Positions 50,831-64,000 of a stretch of 64,000 bases of DNA are shown here, in pieces. Under the pieces are notes generated by a model. That model had not been told where the DNA came from. It saw nothing but the letters and a program-made list of their open reading frames with translations, and made no database searches. The first letter of the stretch is position 1. Each line of letters opens with the position of its first letter. The translations under genes and the position numbers were made by a program. Source of the stretch: Octopus sinensis (lineage: Eukaryota); NCBI RefSeq assembly GCF_006345805.1, contig NC_043000.1, forward strand, positions 156,240,001-156,304,000. Direction: 5' to 3'.

Positions 50831-52558
50831 ATTTTCCTGTTAGAGTCACTGCTGTGGTCATGGGTACATCCATGACAAAGAAAAATATTAGTTCTAAAAT
50901 CTCACTCAGGTTCAGCTTGCAGTTTAATTTGTTGTTAATGTCCTTATAATGGAAGAAATTGATCTCCTTTATTAACTGGACGTTTAAGATAGATAACCCT
51001 GGCTATACGGCTATACTGTTTGACAACGTGGTAGACCGCATGCTTATACTAGCACCAATATTTGTGTAATTGACCCCTGTGCTAAAGCCACCTCTGACAT
51101 TCTAGTTCTCTGCCTGTAGTTAATCTGTTTTCATGTTCACACACATACATGCTTAGATGATACATACTGAGCTTCCACACAGTTTTCACTTACCAAATCT
51201 ACTTATAAGGCATTAATCAACACCTGTGAAGTTGGATCGAACCTGCAACCATTTAATTTCACACTGTAAAAACCAACAGGCTAATGTGACTTTTCCCCAT
51301 TGGAATAATGAAAATCAAACCTGCCAGCTAATTAGTTACTCTACTGACTGTCAGTATTTACAACAGTGACCTGCCTCTGCCAGTATACACTATCCAGCAT
51401 AGTATCTAATTAAAACTAGGCAAACTTTGCATTTGAAAGCCGAGTTTCACCATTAAATCAGACATATTGTCTGGGTTTCTAAATGAAAAATAAGCTGTAG
51501 CAGAAGAAGATATGGACCATGTCAATTAAAACCAAACATGTTCCATGCTGCTTTGGATGGTGAGCCATAGCAATCATTGATCTAATTATCAAGTTCCTCT
51601 GTTTTTCACTTGGGGATCAGCTTCTGCAATCGTCAGTTGTATGGTCATGACCTTTGTGAATATATTTATTTATCTCTTGTGATTACCACTAACATTTAGA
51701 TACAGAAAATATGGCACTACTGGCCGATAATCCAATCCTCTTTTGATTGTTTTTTGAAACTGGACCTTTATCTCAACATCTATGACACATAATCATTATC
51801 ATTCTGAACCATTGTTTCCAAGAAATCTTTAGATTATTTCCTTCAGCATTTATCATCAACCATGTGAAGAATATTTTTTGTCACATGTGGCACATAAAAA
51901 AACACCATCCGAGCGTGGCCGTTCGCCAGCCTCATCTGGCACCTGTGTCGGTGGCACATAAAAAACACCATCCGAGCGTGGCCGTTCGCCGGCCTCGTCT
52001 GGCACCTGTGTCGGTGGCACATAAAAAAGCACCCACTACACTCACGGAGTGGTTGGCATTAGGAAGGGCATCCAGCTGTAGAAACACCGCCAGATCTGAC
52101 TGGCCTGGTGCAGCCTTCGGGCTTCCCAGACCCCAGTTGAACCGTCCAACCCATGCTAGCATGGAAAGCGGACGTTAAACGATGATGATGATTCACTGCC
52201 TTTCTAGATTTGATGATGTTTACAAATAAAAATCCTCAATTTTGTATAATAAATATAGATGACTATTACAGGAGATACTTCATTGACAGAACATGAATTG
52301 TTTACCTTGTGCCAGGATCTGTAATATTCTGAAGAAAAGTCAGGATAAAATTGGAAATGTTTTCATTTGACTTTGGATCCCATAGAATGGTTATTATTGC
52401 ATGGTTTTGTTATATAGCTTGAGGCAGCAGATTACCTGCCACCGCCATTGTATCTTTTACTTTGTTTCAATAAATATTTTAATGTATGTTTTGTTGATTT
52501 CTTCTCTTCCTTATAAAGAAGTCATTTTTATTTTTTTTTTTTTCAAAAATAGTTCCTA

Positions 52559-52674
52559 ATGGCCGACAGTGATGATGAATATGATAGAAGGCGTGGACGA
52601 GACAAATTTCGTCGTGAGAGAAATGACTATGATCGCAGAGAGGAGAGAAGACGGGACTCCTGGGATCACGATCG
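52559..52674 (+). CDS. SRRT: SRRT/ARS2 (Serrate RNA effector) first coding exon
   Basis: [38 protein letters not shown](R) matches recalled human [25 protein letters not shown]; acceptor at 52551-52552; 116 coding nt, phase 2; donor CG|GCAAGT. Not present in the ORF track. Confidence 0.95.
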
Positions 52675-54617
52675 GCAAGTTTTAAAACCTTGTATTTGTT
52701 CTTTCTAGTATAACTATTATTATTGGTAATATTTGACTGTGTTTGCTTGAAATATATATTGCGAGCAGAGGTGAGCTACTGCCATCTCTGGCAGACGAGG
52801 TGTCCAGTACTGAAGTGTGGCAGAAATAGCCCCAAACCAGGACTGGTTTACTGGTCCCGTCGCTAGAAGTTTGTAGGGGTTCGTTCCCCGGCTCACAATT
52901 TATCAAATGCAGCTCCGCATTGTTAACCAGCTGGAGATGTCCTCTTGGGGTTAAAAAATCACAATAGAGTTCGTTCCAATGGACAGCCATGTTGAAGTGG
53001 CTATGAATATTACTTGTCAGTACAACTATTGCGTTGATCTCTTAGAGAGATTTTAGAACTAGCATTTTTGTTTGTATTACTATTAGCAGTATTGGTAAAG
53101 TGACAGATGAAATACTTTGCAGTATTTAGTTGTATCACTTTGTGTTCTCAGTTCTAATCTCACTGAGGGTGTTGACTATTACTGAATGCCTAGTTATATT
53201 TACTTTACTCCCCACTTCTGAGCAGAAATTCGGTCAATATCATTATCACCTTTCTGTCTCTTGGTGTCAGTTAAGTTAATAATACTGGGGCTGATTCAGT
53301 TGTCTGTACTATTTCCATTTAACCCTTTCGTTACCAACCCAGCTGAAACTGGCTCTGGCTCTGAGTATAAATATCTTGTTTTCATAAGATTTGAATTAAA
53401 ATCTTCCACCAAACCTTAGTCACAATTTATGTTCCTAACACCAGCTGAATGATAACAAAGTTATTTTACTAAATTCTTTGTTATATTTAAAGTAATTGAA
53501 AGAAACTCAGAGCATCTCAAAATAAATACAGTAACGAAAGGGTTAAAGCTGTGACCTAGACCCAATGTGATAAATCATCTTTATTATAGTTTTTATATCC
53601 TTTTTCTTTTTTTTTTATGTTCACAAACACAATTTGAGCTTTGGGCTTCATTGAGGCAATGACCAATGACCGAGACCTTTGGCCATATGCTGTGCTTGAG
53701 ACGAAGATCCATCAAACCCAAGTGAAATTGTAGTTGTGGTAGATACTAGTGTCATGCAACTGATACCCATGCCAGCGTCATGCAAAAGCACCCATTCCAC
53801 TCTCGGAGTGGTTGGCATTAGGAAGGGCATTCGACCATAGAAACCATGTCAAATCAGACTGGAGTCTGTTGCAGCCCTGGTCAAACTGTTCAACCTATAC
53901 CAGCAATGAACAATGGACGTTAAATGATGATGATGATGATGTTTTTACTGGATCCTTTGAGAATTTAGTGTGACCACTTCTTATATTTTTTATTAGTCTT
54001 CCTATGCTATGGTTGCCTTTCACTGTGTTTACTCCCAGATGATGCTTTCAGTGTCCAGTTACTCTCTTACACATATTTCCTAAACCTGTGATGCCCCTGT
54101 ACAATGCACTCAATTTTATTTGCTTCACTTCGCTTAACTAGTGAATTAGTGGCTAAAATTAGAATCGATGGAAATTAAACTCGGAAACAATATGTCCAAA
54201 AGTCAATATAATAACGCATTTCATCATGTGATGTCTATTGTCTGTTTAAACAAGAAAAACAGGTTTTGTTGTCATTTCATGGTCAGGTAGTTAGCAGTTA
54301 CAAGGACATCCTGGTGTGTTAAAAATATTGCTCTAATAACATGCAAATCTATTAATATACAAAAAAAAATCCCCAGCAATAACATTAAAAACAAAAACAA
54401 CTGCTCTCTCTTTTACTCTTTTACTTGTTTCAGTCATTTGACTGCGGCCATGCTGGAGCACCACCTTTAATCGAGCAACTCGACCCCGGGACTTATTCTT
54501 TGTAAGCCCAGTACTTATTCTATTGGTCTCTTTTTGCCGAACCGCTAAGTGACGGGGACATAAACACACCAGCATCGGTTGTCAAGCAATGTTAGGGGGA
54601 CAAACACAGACACACAA

Positions 54618-54684
<67 letters not shown>

Positions 54685-57333
54685 TATATACGATAGGCTT
54701 CTTTCAGTTTCCGTCTACCAAATCCACTCACAAGGCTTTGGTCGGCTCGAGGCTATAGCAGAAGACACTTGCCCAAGGTGCCACGCAGTGGGACAGAACC
54801 CGGAACCATGTGGTTGGTAAGCAAGCTACTTAGTACACAGCCACTCCTGCGCCTATGCTCATTGATAAATACTGACTTAACTCCAAATTTCATTTGATGT
54901 ATCGAGTTTCTTGTCACTAATTTAAATCTTGCCCCTTTTGTCTATCCATTCTGGCCTTCCTGCTGTCATCATTCTCTCTTCTGTTCCCCTTCTTGGTCAC
55001 ATTACCTGAACAAAAGTACACATTTTAGTTTACTGAGCATTCTTTACATTTACAGTGTATAAGGCATTCCTCCTCTTGTGCTGGTGCCACTTTGGAAAGC
55101 CCTCAATCATACCCTCTAGAGTGATTGGGGAGCAAGTACAGAAAACAAGGTTGCGAGGTCCCTTTAACCCTTTCTCAACAAAGATGTGACAACCTTTCAA
55201 TGCTGGTGCCATAAAAATTGCACTTGGGACACATAAAGAAGGAAAGAGACAAATATAGAGTTGGGAGGCCCTTTTAGTCCTGTTTGGGTAAAGGGTAAAG
55301 ATCCTTTTGATCATGAATGACCATGGGATTGCACCTTGAAAATTCCCCTCCAAGGCACAAGTCTGGACAAGGTTGTTTATGGAAGGTCAGCAGTCGCCCA
55401 TGTATACCAGCCTCCCCTCTTCAATGAAAGGGCAAAGGCTGATAGAGCTTGGCACCAGTGACATCACAACTGTTTTCTATAGCTGAGTAAACTGGAATAA
55501 CATGGAACAGTGTCTTCCTCAAGAACACAACACACCACACCTGTCTGGAAATCAAACTCTACCTCATGTTTGTGAGCCTGACACTCTCACCACTGAGCCA
55601 TGCACTTTCAAAGGGTTAGTAGATGTCAGTGGAATTTGAACTCAGAACATATAGACAGAACACTATTAAGCATTTTACCCAGTGATAACGATTTTGCCGC
55701 CTGTCTAGCTAATGACTTACCTTTCTAGTGCTGGTGCCTCGAAAAACATCAGTAAATACTGAAAATTGGTGATGGGAAAGGCATCAAGCCAGATGATACC
55801 TCCAAGCACCAGTTAATGAGAGAAGTGGGTCTCAGGTAGAAATAACCTGGATTGTGTCAACCTGTCCTAGTCTTACCAGTATGGAAAGCAGATGTAAAAA
55901 TGGTGGGTGTGGCAGGGATGGTGACGATAAGTCATTGGGCAAAAGACTTGTTTAGCCCTAGGTGAATTCTGGCCTAGCAGACCTGTGATCAAAAGCATTC
56001 CAGCTGTGACTTTCTATCATTTTGCACTAGATTGACTATTGTGACTTTGACTTTTTAGAGATATTGGAGTGATTTGAGAGAAATTTGGCTGCTATTACTT
56101 GTAACTTCAGCTGTCATTTAGACACTCTATTGTTGGCTCATTGATAAACAATTTGATTGGAAATGGTGATCTAAAATGCTGCTGATTATCAGTAGTGTGT
56201 CGTTTATATTGTAATGTTGTTAAAATAGTACACCATTGAAGTATGGACTTGTTCTTTCGAAAGTGTCAAAGACTATTCAGGGCTAAAATGCATTTTGGCT
56301 TCAAGAAGCAAAAGAAATTGTATTAAAAATGTGATTTGGCTTCCTTTTTTGACCACCATTTACACTTGAGCATGACATTTTTCCAAAGAGAAAGTATTGA
56401 AAAATGTGAGTTCTAGCATATACATTCTTACATGGAACTGAACTCAAAACCATGTGGTTGGAAATGAACTTTTTAATCACACAGCTATTCCAGTGCCTGC
56501 AAATGAATACATCATTGGCTTATTTTGTTCACGGACTGAGTTTATTTGTTGAGTTTCTAATTTCCTTCTAATACCAATAAACTTTTTAATCTAACCATAA
56601 TCTCTATTTTGAATAAAACATCTTGTTTTTTTAAGATTTTTTCTTCATTGTTCTGTTAATTTGGTCAGTTAATTCTCATCTGGCACAAGATCACCTCCTC
56701 CAATGCTTCCTCCCCTCTCAAAGATTTCTTGTCTTGCAAAGTTACTTGGTGACCCTGCCAGTGCAGGTGCCACTTAAAAAGAATCCAGTCCACACTGTAA
56801 AGTGGTTGGCATTTGGAGGGGCGTCCAGCTGTAAAAACCATGCCAAAATTGATCTTGCCTATGCTGGTGCCATGTAAAAAGCACTCGGCATAAAAACCCA
56901 GCCAAAACAGATTCAGAAGTATAGTGCAGGCTTCTGTCTGGCCAGCTCCTGTCAAACTGTCCAACCCATACCAGCATGGAAGGAGGACATTAAATGATGA
57001 TGATTATACATTTAACAGAATAATCTGAATGCTAAAGGGTAATATCTGAAAGGGACTTTTTGTGGTGAAGGTGACATTTACTTTATACTTTCTCCAGAAA
57101 GGTGAATGTAAAGAATTCAGCTATTTTTATTTCCTGTTTCCAGAAATAGTTTTGTTTTCCGAGGCAAACTTTCAGATTATCTAAAATCATTTTACTCAAA
57201 ATCTTTTATGAAGCATATACAATAGTAGGCAACATCGTAACATCCACCTTACTCTTTATACTTTGTCATCATAAATGTTTTGTAACTTAGGAGTATTTTA
57301 ACTGGATATTTATGAAAGCATCTTTATTTGTAG

Positions 57334-57501
57334 AGCTCGGAGTGCATCAACCAGATCTCGTGATGTGTGGAGCAGCCGTAACCGAGATAGCAATAAACGG
57401 GACCTGTATGGGCGAGACTATGATTCACGGAGGCGGGACCGCTATAGTCCACCAAGGCATGAACTTAGTCCGCCTCAGATAAAGAGAATGCGAAGAGACT
57501 G
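57334..57501 (+). CDS. SRRT: SRRT second coding exon
   Basis: ARSASTRSRDVWSSRNRDSNKRDLYGRDYDSRRRDRYSPPRHELSPPQIKRMRRD(W); SPPRHELSPPQ.KRMRRDW is the ARS2 signature; 168 nt, phase 2 to 2; donor GTCAGT. Confidence 0.96.
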
Positions 57502-58905
57502 GTCAGTAAAGTTACTCATTTCCTATCTACATTGTCTTCATGTCAAGTATACCTTCATTGATTTATTTGATGTCATAAAATTGATTCTGTCCCTTGTGAT
57601 GTCATGTATATCTTCATTCATTATGATGTCCTCTTATCCTCATTTATTATGATGTTATCTTCATTCATCGTGACATCACATATTTCTTCCGAACGTGGCC
57701 ATTGCCAGCGCCGCCTCGACTGGCTTCTGTGCCGGTGGCACATAAAAAGCACCATCCGAACGTGGCCGATGCCAGCACCGCCTCGACTGGCTTCTGTGCC
57801 GGTGGCACATAAAAAGCACCATCCGAACGTGACCGATGCCAGACCCCCCCCTGGCAACTGTGCAGGTGGCACGTAAAAAGCACCCACTACATTCGCGGAG
57901 TGGTTGGCGTTAGGAAGGGCATCCAGCTGTAGAAACACTGCCAGATCAGACTGGCGCAGAAAACAGACGTTAAACGATGATGATGATGATGGTGGTGTGT
58001 TTTTCTACATTCGTTGTGACATGTATGCATGTCATATATCCTTCGTCTTCTCCCATCCTTATCATCCTTGTATCATTATCATTCACCTCATTAATGTCCG
58101 TGTCCAGCCTGCAAGCTTCCTTACCTTATGTACTACCTTTATGGCAAATTTGATAAAATAAAGTAGCATAGTAAAAATGTTGCAATCTTGCACTAGATTT
58201 TACTGTACTGCATTAACATCAAGCCTTGGGAAGTCTATGTTTGTTTGTATGTATGTATGTGTGTGTATACAGTGTATATAATAAGTTATTACAAAAGCAT
58301 TGCTAAAAATACTGTTGAGTTGAATTGTAATAGCCAATCAAATTGACTGTTTTTTATTTAGACACGGTACAGCCAGTGCCTCCTTCATCATAGGTGTGAT
58401 TTGGTTGCTGTTTCTACCACACCAAATTGTTATATAGAGACTCATTTGTGGTGTACATTTGTGTTGTTATTGTTTTGTCACAAATCTGCTCTCCTATTCA
58501 AAAGTTTTCAAGCTGTGACTAAGCTATCTTTTTTTACATTTTATAATCTGACAGCTGATTTATGTCTCAACTTGTCAATTTAGTAACCAAAATCTTGCAA
58601 GCTTGTTTGGTAGTAGGTGGCTTTTATTTTGAACATTTGATTTGTATATAGCAAATTTAAATACTTTTTTTTTTATTAGTAAAAATAACATAACTCTGTT
58701 TTATTCACCTTGCTTGACTGAACCTTTACAAAACCAGTTCCTATGCTATTTCATGGTTGTGTAAACTAGCAGCAGTAGAAAGGACATTCACCTAGAAAAA
58801 AAAATTGCTTCTGCAGGAGTCATGAATAAAAATAAATTACTCAAGCAAACATGGAGTCAAAACAATTAAAATTAGTTTTAGTATGCTGTGACTGATCAGA
58901 TCCAT

Positions 58906-59755
58906 CGGAGGTCTAATCAATAAGTATCCTGTCCGTTGACATAGTAACAAAACTAAAGCACACAGAGTGAAGCCGCTTGGCAAAGACTGACTCAGCTGTG
59001 CATGCACACTAAGTTTTAACATTCTAGCTCACTTCTGCCATTTACTGCAGTGCTTGGAAGGAACATGTGTAGCGTGTAATCGTCTCATTGACCATGATAA
59101 ACTTGTCATGGTGATACCTGCTCAGAGGCCTACACAAAGTTGCAGAAAGTGTATGGAGAGGAATGTATGAGTGGTTTAGATGTTTCCAAGATGGCCCAAA
59201 AAATGTCAATATTGATGAATATTCTGGGAGACTCACAACCAGCAAAACTGAGAAATACATCACAGATATGCATGCAGCTGTTAGGGGAAATCGTTGAATC
59301 TCCATCCGTGAGTTATCAGAGGATGTGCAGATTAGTTCAGTTCAGTCCGTCATCACTAAAGATTTGGGTATGAGATGGATGTCTGCCAAGTTTGTGCCAA
59401 GACTGCTTTCAGCTGACCAAAAACACTTGAGTTTCAGTTGCACAAGATCTCCTTGATTGTGTTGAGAACAATGAAAGCTTTTTGTAAACTTTGTGTAGGT
59501 CTTTGAGCAGGTATCGCCAAGCTTTTGGCAAAATTTGATTTAGATTCTTTGCTCAACTTTGTCTTTCATGGTCAGTGCAACGATCACACGCTACACACCT
59601 TCCTTCCAAGTACTGCTGTAAACAGCAGAAGTGAGCTTGAATGTTAAAACCTAGTGCACATGCTCAGCAGAATTTGAAGCATGCAGCGGCTTCACTCTGC
59701 ATTCTTTAGCTTCGTTACTGTGGCAACAGTCCTGATACTTATTGATCAGACCATG
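58906..59755 (+). mobile_element. Internally deleted mariner element
   Basis: Long imperfect TIRs beginning GAGGTCT(A/G)ATCAATAAGTATC; internal remnant QKVYGEECMS..ISIRELSEDVQIS..DLGMRWMSAKFVPRLLSADQK (HTH and WVPHEL-like linker). Confidence 0.85.
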
Positions 59756-61059
59756 TATATTTGCACAGGGAGCAAAAGAGAAATAGTAGGTCAGTTACTA
59801 AATATTCTGAAAGACCATATTTTACTCTTTTTTTTTTTTTTTAGCCTTTATCTATCAGTCTCACTATCACTTCAATCTCTTTTTCTTGAGTCTTTCTCTC
59901 ATGTCTGTCCATTTTTGTTTACTTTGGCTAAAATTATATCTTTAACATAGGCGCAGGAGTGGCTGTGTGGTAAGTAGCTTGCTAACCAACCACATGGTTC
60001 TGGGTTCAGTCCCACTGCGTGGCATCTTGGGCAAGTGTCTTCTGCTATAGCCCCGGGCCGACCAATGCCTTGTGAGTGGATTTGGTAGACGGAAACTGAA
60101 AGAAGTCTGTCATATATATGTATATATATATAAGTGTGTGTGTATATGTATGTGTGTATGTATGTGTCTGTGTTTGTCCCCCTAGCATTGCTTGACAACC
60201 GATGCTGATGTGTTTACGTCCCCGTTACTTAGCGGTTTGGCAAAAGAGACCGATAGAATAAGTACTGGGTTTACAAAGAATAAGTCCCGTGGTCGATTTG
60301 CTCGACTAAAGGCGGTGCTCCAGCATGGCCGCAGTCAAATGACTGAAACAAGTAAAAGAGTAAGTCTGTTAGACTTTACATTACATTTTGAAGTGTCTCT
60401 TGTTTACGTCTCTTATTCTTGTCCCTTGTTTCTTTCTTTCTCCCTTTTTCTCTCAACTCCCTTTTCTCTCTCTTTCTCTTGATTCTATCTTTTCTTTCTG
60501 ACTCTCTTTATCTCTTTACTCTTTTACTTGTTTCAGTCATTTGACTGTGGCCATGCTGGAGCACCGCCTTTTTAAAGTTGAGCAAATCGACACCAGGACT
60601 TATTCTTTGTAAGCCTAGTACTTATTCTATCGGTCTCCTTTGCCGAACCGCTAAGTTACGGGGACGTAAAGACACCAGCATCGGTTGTCAAGCGATGTTG
60701 GGGGGACAAACACAGACACACAAATATATACATATACACATTCATATAGATATATATATACATATATACGACGGGCTTCTTTCAGTTTCCGTCTGCCAAA
60801 TCTACTCACAAGGCTTTGGTCAGCCCGTGGTTATAGTAGAAGACACTTGCCCAAGGTGCCACACAGTGGGACTGAACCCGGAACCATGTGGTTCGTAAGC
60901 AAGCTACTTACCACACAGCCACTCCTGCGCCTATCTGTCTCTTTTTTTTTTACCGATTCTTTTTCTTTCCCTGCTTTGTTTTTTATATTCTTATATATAT
61001 ATGTTTATCCCTATTTATGTATGTGTGTCTACATAAACCCTTTTTTTTTTTTGCTTTAG

Positions 61060-61344
61060 GGATGATGGAAGTGGTGGCGGTGCTGGTGGTGGAAACAGTG
61101 GCGGTGGAGGTGGCGGGGCACCCGGAGGTGCAGGTGTTGGTGGTGGCGGCGGCGGAGGTGGAGGTGGCCGCTATGATATGCCCTACGGCGGTGGAGGTGG
61201 TGGCAGTGGGGTTGGTGGCGGTGGGGGCGGAGGTCTCCTGCCCACCACGGGTTTGCCCCACCCTGCTTGGGGTCCAAATATTGAAATAAATTTGCCCCTG
61301 CCTAATCAACCCCACTTTGGGAACACAAATCAACCTCAGAATCG
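61060..61344 (+). CDS. SRRT: SRRT third coding exon (Gly-rich)
   Basis: DDGSGGGAGGGNSGGGGGGAPGGAGVGGGGGGGGGGRYDMPYGGGGGGSGVGGGGGGGLLPTTGLPHPAWGPNIEINLPLPNQPHFGNTNQPQN(R); YDMPYGGGG and WG correspond to recalled human YEMPYAGGGGG..PWG; strong T-tract acceptor, donor GTAAGT; 285 nt, phase 2 to 2. This frame is not in the ORF track. Confidence 0.9.
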
Positions 61345-61583
61345 GTAAGTCTATTTTTTTATCTTTATTTCTTATTTTTATGATGAGAAACTATTAAGCT
61401 TACAACTGTATAGGCGCAGGAGTGGCTGTGTGGTAAGTAGCTTGTTTACCAACCACATGGTTCTGGGTTCAGTCCCACTGTGTGGCACCTTGGGCAAGTG
61501 TCTTCTACTATAGCCTCGGGCCGACCAAAGCCTTGTGAGTAGATTTGGTAGACGGAAACTGAAAGAAGCCCGTCGTATATATG

Positions 61584-61656
<73 letters not shown>

Positions 61657-64000
61657 CTGTGTTTGTCCCCCTAGCATTGCTTGACAACCGATGCTGGTGT
61701 GTTTATGTCCCCATCACTTAGCGGTTCGAAAAAAGAGACCGATAGAATAAGTACTGGGCTTACAATAGAATAAGTCCCGGGGTCGAGTTGCTTGATTAAA
61801 GGCGGTGCTCCAGCATGGCCGCAGTCAAAATGACTGAAACAAGTAAAAGAGTAAAAAAAAAAGAGAGTAAAGAGTATATCTGATGGTTTCTTAGTGGCTT
61901 AAAAATCTAGTTTGTGGTTTGTTTCTTTTTTAATATCTCTTAGTTACATTTTTTTTAATGATTTTGTCAAGGAAAAGTTAGAGTCCATGTCTTACTGCAA
62001 CTCCCCTAAGTCCTGTGAGATTGGTGTAGTTGATGCTTATACTTTGGTGAAATGATGAAAATGTCAGTGTATTGCCCTTTAATATTTGGTTAGCTCCTTT
62101 AAGGTGGCAAGCAGGAAGAATTGTTAGCATACCAGGCAAAATGCTTATTGGCATTTTGACTGTCTAAGTTCAAATTCTGCTGAGGTCGACTTTGCCTTTC
62201 ATCCTTCCAGGGTTGATAAATTAGTACCAGTTGGTCACTGGGGTTGATATAGTTGACTTAGGCGAGCTGGCAGAAATGTTATCACGCCCGGCGAAATGCA
62301 TAGCCGTATTTCGTCTGCCGCTACGTTCTGAGTTCAAATTCCGCCGGGATTGACTTTGCCTTTCATCCTTTTGGGGTCGATAAATTAAGTACCAGTTACC
62401 CACTGGGGTCGATATAATCGACTTAATCCGTTTTTCTGTCCTTGTTAGTCCTCTCTGTGTTTAACCCCTTGTGGGTAGTAAAGAAATAGATATAGTTGAC
62501 TTAATCCCACCCCTAAAATTACTGGCCTTTTGCCAAAATTCGAATTCAATGTTTGGTTAGTTCCCATTATGTCCAAAATATAAATCCTGCTTAGGGTTCT
62601 TCATCATCATTCAATAACCATGTTGGCACAGGTTGAACTGTTTGACGAAGATCCAATAAATTGAAGGTCTGTACTGTGACCCACTGTCAGCTTTGGCATG
62701 GTTTCTACAGCTGGATGTCCTTTTTTAATTCCACTCTACAGAGTGTACTGGGTGCTTTTCTTTTTTTTTTTTGCGTTACAAGCTCTATTGAGGTCACCAT
62801 GTAGCTCACAAGCCAAAAAACCCAGGGTAGGAGGATGCTGCATCCATATGTTAGAAGAGGGGTTGGAATAGAGCAGGTTCTTGTGGAAGACTACATAGCT
62901 GCTCACATTCAGGTGAGAGATGAATTAGAGGTAGATCTAAGGAGACAGACAGTAGTGATGAGATGTCCATGTGGCATCTGATGTAGCAGGAGTTGTAGTG
63001 AGTGAAGGTTTTGCATGAGTGTATGTGGGAAGAGAGAGGAGAAGTGGGAGTCAAAATATGGTTAGTTTTAATGTGGAATGTATTCAAATTACTGAAAGGT
63101 ATTTTTGTCTTAGCTTCTCAAGTTTTCATTTTTCTAAAGATTAATGATCATGAGCTCAGGAGTGGCTGTGTGGTAAGTAGCTTGCTAACCAACCACATGG
63201 TTCCGGGTTCAGTCCCACTGCGTGGCATCTTGGGCAAGTGTCTTCTACTATAGCCCCAGGCCGACCAATGCCTTGTGAGTGGATTTGGTAGACGGAAACT
63301 GAAAGAAGCCTGTCGTATATATATATATATGTATGTATGTGTGTGTTTGTGTGTCTGTGTTTGTCCCCCTAGTATTGCTTGACGACCGATGCTGCTGTGC
63401 TTACGTCTCCGTTACTTAGCGGTTCGGCAAAAAAGAGACCGATAGAATAAGTACTGGGCTTACAAAGAATAAGTCCCGGGGTCGATTTGCTCGACTAAAA
63501 CAGGCGGTGCTCCAGCATGGCCGCAGTCAAAATGACTGAAACAAGTAAAAGAGTAAAAGAGAGTATGACCTTTGCAGGTTTCCAAAATTATGAGATTGAT
63601 GTGATTACTGTTGAACTTGGACTATTTGTAGTTAACCCTTTAGCATTTAAACCGGCCATATCCGGCCAAAAGTACTCTGCCTGTTTTATGTTCAAACTGG
63701 CCAGATCTGGTCTCTCACACCAACCCTACAATATCGTTTTAAAAATTAACAGCTACCTCATCAAAATCTCATAGCTACAAGATAATGCTTGATTAGTTCA
63801 AAACAATGTGGATAAAAAAGCATTAATTTTGGTAGAACAATGTGAACACTAAAGGATTAAAGCATAATTGGAGAGGGAGTCTGGAAGATGGTTGTTGTGG
63901 GATAGAACTAAGTGAAGCTGTTAGGAGTGGGAGGTTTAGAGATGAGACGCTGTGAGTGGTGGGAGGAGGAGCAGGAGGGAAGATAATAAGTGAGCTTAGG

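Noticed and set aside
60888-61333. Val/Ala-rich and Thr-rich ORFs listed in the track
   Set aside because: Wrong frame or strand of the Gly-rich SRRT exon.

Overview
AT-rich, intron- and repeat-dense animal DNA. The repeat repertoire suggests an octopod cephalopod (Octopus); this is inferred from recall, not from a search. Two RNA-processing genes lie head-to-head. On the minus strand are the first 11 coding exons of INTS7 (Integrator subunit 7; ATG at 34183, 1440 nt = 480 codons in window, continuing beyond base 1). On the plus strand are the first three coding exons of SRRT/ARS2 (ATG at 52559) and a probable non-coding first exon near 40.2 kb. All exon phases join in frame, and each gene needs one GC-AG intron to do so. 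The introns hold RTE and CR1 LINE fragments, several tRNA-derived SINE families, piggyBac, mariner, Helitron and Merlin derivatives, and a solo LTR. The most unusual structures are: (1) a 23 x 67-bp hierarchical tandem array capped by an 87-bp fold-back; (2) inverted SINEs bracketing a stop-free, frame-symmetric Gly-rich SRRT exon; (3) a GC donor in SRRT with a downstream GT site that would give a premature stop; (4) two short near-perfect palindromes in SRRT intron 1. Nothing prokaryotic and no CRISPR array was seen. No new multi-gene system is demonstrated; the leads are hypotheses.
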